DNA of 64,000 nt, from assembly GCA_965206025.1 (NCBI GenBank), contig CBDBIU010000004.1, positions 583,342 to 647,341 of the forward strand, given 5' to 3'. This DNA comes from Bryobacterales bacterium (GTDB taxonomy: Bacteria > Acidobacteriota > Terriglobia > Bryobacterales > UBA6623). Made by a program: the position numbers and the translations under genes. Of the stretch, positions 58,100-64,000 are shown piece by piece (the first letter of the stretch is position 1; each line of letters starts with the position of its first letter). The notes beneath the pieces were generated by a model. That model did no database searches and had not been told where the DNA came from. It saw only the letters and a program-made list of their open reading frames with translations.

Positions 58100-58228
58100 A
58101 CAAAATTATCTACAGTGGCGCCCAAGCGACGCCCTCCGTGATTTGACCGCGTCCCCGCCCGCACAAAAATGCCAGGGTGATGAAATGTTGTGAACGCGGC
58201 GGACAGAATATTTGCGGCAGGACAGGCC

Positions 58229-58789
58229 TCACGGGCTGGCAATCGCTATGTTCGACGTATCGCCCTCGGCCTCGCTGGGCATGCGGATCGTAAGCGGAAC
58301 CTGATCGCCCGGCAGCGCCCCTAGAGGTACCCGAGCGTTAATCTGATACAACCCGGAAAAGCCCGGCGCCAGCCCGGAGAAATCAACGATCGCCGGCATT
58401 CCTCCGATCGTCACCTCGGGCGTCTCAACCGTGTTGTACCCGCCAGGGTTTAGCTCTCCCGCCAGCAAGGGATCGCCCTCCGGGTCGCCGCCCGGAGTGG
58501 CCTTGCCCAGTCCGGTAAGGAAGATTTGTAGGATCACGCCCGGAGACACCGGCTCCCCGCAGTCTGCTAAAGCAGCCACCCCGTCCGCCTTGCAGTTCGT
58601 GGGGATGCCGAGAGTGGCCGCTGTCGAAGCGGGAATGGCCAGATGCCTGGTCGGCCCACGATTTGGGACGTCGGAGTCGAAGGCGACCAAAGCCGCCGCG
58701 TACATGCGGCCCGGGTCGGCGCGATAAATACCCGTGGCTGCCAGCACCATCGGCAGCATGAACACACCGCTCGTATGGTTCCAAAACAC
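58229..58789 (-). CDS. Solibacter-type C-terminal domain protein (TIGR03437-like), probably 5'-truncated
   Basis: C-terminal pattern ILQIFLTGLG...PEVTIGGMPAIVDFSGLAPGFSGLYQINARVPLGALPGDQVPLTI matches the repeated Ig-like C-terminal domain family expanded in Solibacter (from memory). There is no signal peptide and no long N-terminal region. An rve-type IS lies immediately upstream. Confidence 0.5.
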   Translation of the reverse strand: MFWNHTSGVFMLPMVLAATGIYRADPGRMYAAALVAFDSDVPNRGPTRHLAIPASTAATLGIPTNCKADGVAALADCGEPVSPGVILQIFLTGLGKATPGGDPEGDPLLAGELNPGGYNTVETPEVTIGGMPAIVDFSGLAPGFSGLYQINARVPLGALPGDQVPLTIRMPSEAEGDTSNIAIASP

Positions 58790-58980
58790 GACCGACCGAT
58801 TCCGAGGAAGACAAAGGCACTCCGAGCTGGCGCACGGAGTGCGTTGATTTGTGGTCGCCCGCTGCTGGAATCCGCTGGCCGTCCCCAGACAGTGCGCAAC
58901 CTACTGGTATCTCGACCGGCGAGGGGAGACTGAGCAAAGGGGGTTTTGCGGCGGGAGCCGCCGGGCCCGGTGAGCTGACT

Positions 58981-60057
58981 TTAGGCGGCTTGCCGATAGT
59001 AGTAGTTCAGCATTCCGCCCAACCGTTGACGGCACTCGATCGGCGCGCTCGGATCCGTGTCTGCCGGAGCGGGGAAGATGAGCCAATTGTCGAGCCCTTG
59101 GTGATTGCGTTCTCTATGGTAATGGGCGATGAACTGCTGAATCGCCCGGCGCAGCGACTGCTCCCCAAACAGGATCATCCGCTCCAAGCAGGATTCCTTG
59201 ATCGTTCGGACAAAGCGCTCGGCGTAGGCATTCAGGTTTGGCGACCGTGCGGGCAAGCGAACGCTCTCGACCCCTGCCGCTGCCAACGTCTCCCGGAACT
59301 CCTTCGTAAACAGCGGGTCGCGATCTTGGATCAGAAACTTCTTGCCGACGACAAAGCCGTCCTCCGAATCGGTCAAGTTGCGAGCAACCTGAGTCATCCA
59401 GACTCCCTCCGGCTGGCTCGAAATACCCGCGATCTCGACTCGCCGCGTCGACAGTTCGATCACGAACAGCACCACCACCCGCACCAATCCTGTCCGTGTC
59501 CAGACCTCCACCGTGAAGAAGTCGGCGGCGGCCAAAACTTCCCAATGGGCCTGCAGGAAATGCTGCCAGCTCGTTTTCCTGCGCCGCTCCGGCGCGGGCT
59601 CCAGGCCATTTTCTTGGAGTGTTCTCGCAATGGTATTGCGTCCCACCTGGTGACCGAGGTTGGCCAGCGCCCCTCGTATCCTCGAATAGCCCCAGGTGTT
59701 GTTTTCTTGCGCCAAGCGAACGACCAGTTCTCGAATCTGCTCCATCACACGAGGCCGCCCGGGACTGCGGAGTTGGCTGCCATCGTACTTGCGGGCGATC
59801 AACTTTCGATGCCATCTCAGCAGAGTGTCCGGCGTGACGAGGGAGGCCACTTCCGATAGCGCTTGGCGTCCGAGCTTCTTGGCCTTCAGCGCCAAACGGC
59901 GACGCTGATCATCGCTCAGCCGCAAGCGTTTGTCGCCCAGTTGATTACGTAAAACGCGATTCTCTTCTTCGAGATAGTCGATGACCTCCTGTTGGTGCTC
60001 GTTGATCCAGCCGGCCAAGCCGATCAGCACGAACCGAAACGGGTCCAGAGGTTGCAT
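58981..60057 (-). CDS. rve (integrase-core) DDE transposase of a second IS type (IS3/IS481 superfamily)
   Basis: 358 aa from the ATG at 60057. HTH region (GRPRVMEQIRELVVRLAQENNTWGYSRIRGAL) and rve core (AADFFTVEV...FLIQDRDPLFT...SPNLNAYAERFVRTIKESCLERMILFGEQSLRRAIQQFIAHYHRERNHQGL). The element ends were not resolved. Confidence 0.85.
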   Translation of the reverse strand: MQPLDPFRFVLIGLAGWINEHQQEVIDYLEEENRVLRNQLGDKRLRLSDDQRRRLALKAKKLGRQALSEVASLVTPDTLLRWHRKLIARKYDGSQLRSPGRPRVMEQIRELVVRLAQENNTWGYSRIRGALANLGHQVGRNTIARTLQENGLEPAPERRRKTSWQHFLQAHWEVLAAADFFTVEVWTRTGLVRVVVLFVIELSTRRVEIAGISSQPEGVWMTQVARNLTDSEDGFVVGKKFLIQDRDPLFTKEFRETLAAAGVESVRLPARSPNLNAYAERFVRTIKESCLERMILFGEQSLRRAIQQFIAHYHRERNHQGLDNWLIFPAPADTDPSAPIECRQRLGGMLNYYYRQAA

Positions 60058-60355
60058 GGGACACAACCTAGCACGAATCAATCCCAAAAACCGACTCCTG
60101 TGCGAGTCCGCACCTGAACTGCAACTCGCAGTCAGCAAGCCACTTACATCACGTTCGAGTTTTGGGACAGTACGGGCATCCAGCCCAAGTAATTCGTCTT
60201 CGGCATAAAGCACTTATCCCCGACGAAACCCTGACTCCTACGAACCCCCTGGCTCTGCTGACATCCTTGGTAAGCTAGCTTGAGTTGTTGTGGCGATTCT
60301 TCCGTACTTGGGGAACGGCGGAAATCGGCTTGGTGGGGAGGAAGATCTGACAACT

Positions 60356-60553
60356 CTAGCCGGCTTTCTCGCCAGGCGGCGAGGCGAAGTACCTAAGGAA
60401 GCCCGTCAGTACAAAGCGCGCCGCTCGACGCCCCGTTTCTTGAACAATGCAGGCATAGTTTGAACACCGCGTTGAGCGCGGCGAGCAAGCGCAACGGAGT
60501 CATGGCGGGCCTATCGCGCACTTCGACCGTCAGATGGTGAGAAATGCGGGCTG
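60356..60553 (-). mobile_element. ~200-bp MITE-like element, copy E (same orientation as copy C, with indels in the core)
   Basis: Termini CTAG|CCGGCTTTCTCGCCAGG ... GATGGTGAGAAATGCGGG|CTGG. The core aligns to copies A and C with a 1-nt insertion and a 2-nt deletion. It ends 35 nt before the ATG at 60589. Confidence 0.65.
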
Positions 60554-60588
60554 GAACAGCTTGTCCAGGCGATTCTCAAGGAAGCGTG

Positions 60589-62643
60589 ATGAGGACAAGA
60601 GTTAACGGTTCACTCGTCCCGATTGTCTTCGTTCTACTCGCGGTCCTTGGAGCACCCCGCGGCATGGGGCAAGCTGCGAGCGAGCCTGAGGCGTTCTCTA
60701 TCTTCCCTATAGGCGGACAGCAAGGCACGTCCTTGGAGGCTGAGATCCGAGGTCGAGGCCTCGGCGGAGCTTATGCCGTCCGGTTTGAAGGCGCGGGTCT
60801 TGAGGCGCGTATTAAGAGGATCGAGGCGATTGATCCCGACGGGGAAAGCGCCGACAAGGAAAACTCCGCGGCGGGAGAAGGTAGTCAGGGTCAACGGATT
60901 CTGCTGGAAGTGAGAATTGATCCGGCAGCCGAGACCGGACCTCGCTCTCTGAGGGTGGTCTCAGCGAGCGGAGTCTCCAATGCCCTGGTCTTTCTGGTCA
61001 ATTCCGACGCGGTCATTCTGGAGGCCGCGACGCCTCACGATACACCCGCGGAAGCCCAGCAGATCGTCTTGCCGGCTGTCGTGAATGGGAAAATCGGTAA
61101 AGGGAGGGAACGCGACTACTACGCGTTCGACGCCTTGCAAGGTCAACAGATGGCCTTTGAGGTCTTTGCCAAGGGACGGCGTAGCGCCCCTACTAAGGGA
61201 GAGGGCAGGCCCTTTGACGCCATTCCCAAAATGCGATGGACTTACCGATTTCCCAAACAGGGCCGCTACCTCGTACGGGTCGAATCATCCCGCATCGTGG
61301 AGATTGTTCTGGTAGCGACGGTGGTATCCTTCATCCCGCAAATTGGCCTGTTCGAGACCGCCGGGAGTTGGCTGAATCCGCTTGAGCCCACCCGTCTGAA
61401 GTTTGACGAGGCCCGTCTGAAGTTTAATAAGGATGGACAGGCTGACTTTGAGCACCAAGTAGCCAAGACCATATACGGTCGAACTTCGCCGGACTTTGTC
61501 TACCAACTTCGCATTGTCCCCAAGGGGCGCCCGCCGATTTACGAAAAATGGTCCGCGCGGCTTGCCGGCGATGCCTGGCAAGAGCGGGCCTTCACACGAA
61601 AACTCGAAGCAGACCGGCTCGAGGCATTGTGGTCAAGAACGGTCAAGGCTCCTAAACAGAGGACGGGGCACGGTGACGGAGGGAGTTTGTCAGCTCCGCC
61701 GGGGGGGCCTGAAGCGGAAGCGGAGCATGAGGGCGCCAATCCCTCCGGCGGCGCCGCGCTCATCCCTATCCGACGGGAGCAGGAACCTAACGAAGGCCTG
61801 GGCCAGGCTTTGGAGGTGTCCGTGCCCGCCCTCATTGAGGGAACCATCGAACAACCGGGTGACGTAGACACTTTTCGATTCAAGGTCGAATCCCGGCAGC
61901 GCTTAGCTTTCGAGATCGAGACCCCCGAAGCAGCGCCCCCACGGTTCTATCCAAAGCTTGAGCTACTTGACTCGGCTGGCCGTGAGCTTTTGACGAACGC
62001 ACACGAGAAGATGAAAATCGACGTCACGGACCCCCTGTCCTATTTTTCGATTCTCGAGTGTCTAGCGAAGGGAGCCGGGTGTAACCTTCATTCAATCTCT
62101 TACCTTGAGGCGCTGGAGGCAAAGGTCATTGAGACCCTCGATCAGCCGGGGCAGTACTATCTGCGGATTCGCGACCTCACTCCTCGACGCGGCGGCGCCG
62201 GCTACGCCTATCGGGTGCTAATTCGACCCCAGATTGCTCATGTCGGCGAGATCGAGTTCAAACAAGACCGTGTGAATCTGGTTGCCGGCGAAGCAAGAAA
62301 GCTGACCGTGACAACCGGGCAGGAGGAAGGTTTTGACGGCGAGGTTGTTATCGGCGTCGAGGGTCTTCCGCGGGGCGTCGAAGCGTTGACGGGGGCGGAA
62401 GTGGAAGACGACGGGCCTCTGGCGGATCCGAGCGTCCGGGAACGAAGTTTTGTACCTAAAACCCAAAAGGCCACCATTATCCTGCTGGCCAAGGCTGATG
62501 CCCCGGCGACAAGCATGCCGAAGGTCGTCCGCTTCAAGGCGCGGCCGATTGTCAACGGAAAGCCGGGCACGGAGATCTCGATTGGAAAGATGGTTCTGAT
62601 GGTGCTTCGGCCAGCAAAGAAACCGGCGGGTGAGGGCGAGTGA
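60589..62643 (+). CDS. Secreted hypothetical protein with pre-peptidase C-terminal (PPC)-like domains
   Basis: Signal peptide MRTRVNGSLVPIVFVLLAVLGAPRGMGQA. Two PPC-like signatures (VVNGKIGKGRERDYYAFDALQGQQMAFEV and GTIEQPGDVDTFRFKVESRQRLAFEI). The ORF is open from 60544, inside the MITE. Confidence 0.7.
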   Translation: MRTRVNGSLVPIVFVLLAVLGAPRGMGQAASEPEAFSIFPIGGQQGTSLEAEIRGRGLGGAYAVRFEGAGLEARIKRIEAIDPDGESADKENSAAGEGSQGQRILLEVRIDPAAETGPRSLRVVSASGVSNALVFLVNSDAVILEAATPHDTPAEAQQIVLPAVVNGKIGKGRERDYYAFDALQGQQMAFEVFAKGRRSAPTKGEGRPFDAIPKMRWTYRFPKQGRYLVRVESSRIVEIVLVATVVSFIPQIGLFETAGSWLNPLEPTRLKFDEARLKFNKDGQADFEHQVAKTIYGRTSPDFVYQLRIVPKGRPPIYEKWSARLAGDAWQERAFTRKLEADRLEALWSRTVKAPKQRTGHGDGGSLSAPPGGPEAEAEHEGANPSGGAALIPIRREQEPNEGLGQALEVSVPALIEGTIEQPGDVDTFRFKVESRQRLAFEIETPEAAPPRFYPKLELLDSAGRELLTNAHEKMKIDVTDPLSYFSILECLAKGAGCNLHSISYLEALEAKVIETLDQPGQYYLRIRDLTPRRGGAGYAYRVLIRPQIAHVGEIEFKQDRVNLVAGEARKLTVTTGQEEGFDGEVVIGVEGLPRGVEALTGAEVEDDGPLADPSVRERSFVPKTQKATIILLAKADAPATSMPKVVRFKARPIVNGKPGTEISIGKMVLMVLRPAKKPAGEGE

Positions 62644-62651
62644 GGCATCCG

Positions 62652-64000
62652 ATGGCGCCGTACAAGGGGTTGATTCAGCGGAACCTACTGAGTCTCGCAA
62701 ATTATGGTGACATGGCTCGCGTTCAAACTGTAGGGGCACAGCAGGCTGCGCCCGCGTCCCAAAGTCACCGTATTTTGCGAGCCTCAATAGCTACCATTGG
62801 GCGGAACAAGAAGGACGGGCACGAGGCGGGCTTGAAACCGCGCGTCGGCAGGTCCGCTCAGCGAAACAGGGTAGTTGTCTTGCTGGCAATACTCAGTGCC
62901 GGTTTTTCCGGGCTCCCAACTGCTGAAGCGGAAGATGGGAAACGCCTACTGTTGCTGAGGCTGGCCCCGGAAGAGGTCACGCTCTGGGGATCTGGGGACG
63001 GGCAACAATTCCTGGTACTCGGAACCTACGCCGACGGTTTAGAGCGGGATGTGACTTTGCGGAGCCGCGTTTCCATTTCCGATCCGGCGGTGGCGACGGT
63101 GGGGGAAGGCGCTCGCGTGTTGGCGCTAGCCGACGGCCGGGCAGTATTGAAAGCTGAACTGGATGGTCGGGTCGCCAAGGCGAATGTTCGTATTGAGGAT
63201 TCCCAAAACGAAAGGCCTTTTAGTTTCAGGCGCGACATCGGCGCGATCTTGACCAAGCGAGGATGTAACGCCAGCGAATGCCACGGCGCCGTGAAGGGGA
63301 AGGGAGGGTTCAAGCTCTCTTTGAACGGCCGCTCTCCACAAAACGACCACCGGTGGATTGTCGAAGGAGAGCGCTACCACGGTCTCGCGCCGGCCTCGGG
63401 GCCTAACAATCCTCGGGTGAATAAGCAAGAGCCGGAAAACAGCCTACTGCTGCTCAAGCCCACCTTGAGCGTCTCCCACGGAGGCGGGAAGCGTTTCGAG
63501 GTCGGGTCTTCGGATTATCGTGCCATTCTGAACTGGGTCCGCGGCGGGGCGCATTACGGGGAGGAAGACGGGCAGCGGGGCGGGGAAATCGACTCCATCG
63601 AAGTCTTTCCCCAGGAAGCGGTCATGGATCTCGCCGGGAAACAGCGCTTGCTGGTGACCGCTCGTCTGAGCAACGGCCGGCGGGAAGATATCACTGAGCA
63701 CGTGCGTTACGTCTCGAACAATCCCGAGATCGCCGAAGTCACCGCCGCAGGCTTGGTAAGTGGTGTCAGAAGGGGTGAGACCGACGTCATCATCCGGGCG
63801 GCGGGACATGCCGCGAGCGTGCGCGTGGGCGTCATTTCCCGGCCGATCCTCGACTATCCCGACGCACCTCGCAGGAACTTGATCGATGATGCCATCTTTT
63901 CGAAACTGCGCAGGTTTCACATCATCCCGTCCGAACTTTCCAGTGATGCGGAATTCCTGCGGCGGGTCTGTCTGGACCTGACGGGCACCCTGCCGCCGCC
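62652..64000 (+). CDS. Large secreted Big_2 / cytochrome-like / DUF1549-type protein, 3' end beyond the window (partial)
   Basis: This ORF is not in the supplied track because it runs off the right edge. The frame is open from 62634. It has a signal-like VVVLLAILSAGFSGLPTAEA, two Ig-like (Big_2) segments (e.g. ITEHVRYVSNNPEIAEVTAAGLVSGVRRGETDVIIRAAG), CNASECHGAVKGKGGFKLSL, and ends with AEFLRRVCLDLTGTLPP, the start of a DUF1549 domain. The start is uncertain (ATG 62652, ATG 62712 or TTG 62832). Confidence 0.7.
   Translation, partial: MAPYKGLIQRNLLSLANYGDMARVQTVGAQQAAPASQSHRILRASIATIGRNKKDGHEAGLKPRVGRSAQRNRVVVLLAILSAGFSGLPTAEAEDGKRLLLLRLAPEEVTLWGSGDGQQFLVLGTYADGLERDVTLRSRVSISDPAVATVGEGARVLALADGRAVLKAELDGRVAKANVRIEDSQNERPFSFRRDIGAILTKRGCNASECHGAVKGKGGFKLSLNGRSPQNDHRWIVEGERYHGLAPASGPNNPRVNKQEPENSLLLLKPTLSVSHGGGKRFEVGSSDYRAILNWVRGGAHYGEEDGQRGGEIDSIEVFPQEAVMDLAGKQRLLVTARLSNGRREDITEHVRYVSNNPEIAEVTAAGLVSGVRRGETDVIIRAAGHAASVRVGVISRPILDYPDAPRRNLIDDAIFSKLRRFHIIPSELSSDAEFLRRVCLDLTGTLPP

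Noticed and set aside
58849-59859. 336-aa plus-strand ORF
   Set aside because: It is antisense to the rve-type transposase gene (58981-60057), whose motifs are clear on the minus strand.

Overview
GC-rich 64-kb bacterial chromosomal window. It is probably from an Acidobacteriota genome of the Solibacter/Bryobacter type. This placement is an inference from a Solibacter-type C-terminal domain protein, paired DUF1549/DUF1553 and DUF1501 genes, and the overall gene content.

Intact housekeeping blocks:
- mreB-mreC-mreD-mrdA-rodA, with overlapping GTGA stop/start junctions
- an RNase E/G gene
- smc
- rpsA-ihfB-HIT
- an S41 C-terminal processing protease followed by dnaG
- rpoB-rpoC

The accessory DNA between these blocks is full of mobile elements and decayed genes:
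- an intact ISL3 element with an 8-bp target-site duplication (TSD)
- an IS4-family element
- an IS5-family remnant
- an IS1595 element sitting inside a luciferase-like monooxygenase gene
- an intact IS21 (istAB) with a 6-bp TSD
- two different rve-type transposase elements, one with a 502-bp duplicated 5' end
- a 456-bp ISL3-derived MITE with a perfect 8-bp TSD
- a ~200-bp MITE-like family: 4 full copies plus fragments, flanked by YTAR-type duplications

At least eight accessory genes are truncated or frameshifted.

I found no rRNA, tRNA or CRISPR array, and no convincing new multi-gene system such as a defence, toxin or secretion locus. The observations I consider most worth follow-up are:
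1. An eight-cysteine, double-zinc-ribbon-like insertion in RpoB.
2. A ~450-residue disordered insertion that splits the S1 domain of RNase E/G.
3. The two MITE families and where their copies sit relative to genes.
4. A 13-bp tandem duplication paired with a nearby 1-nt frameshift in a DUF1501 gene.

All family assignments come from reading motifs in the translations. No database search was run.
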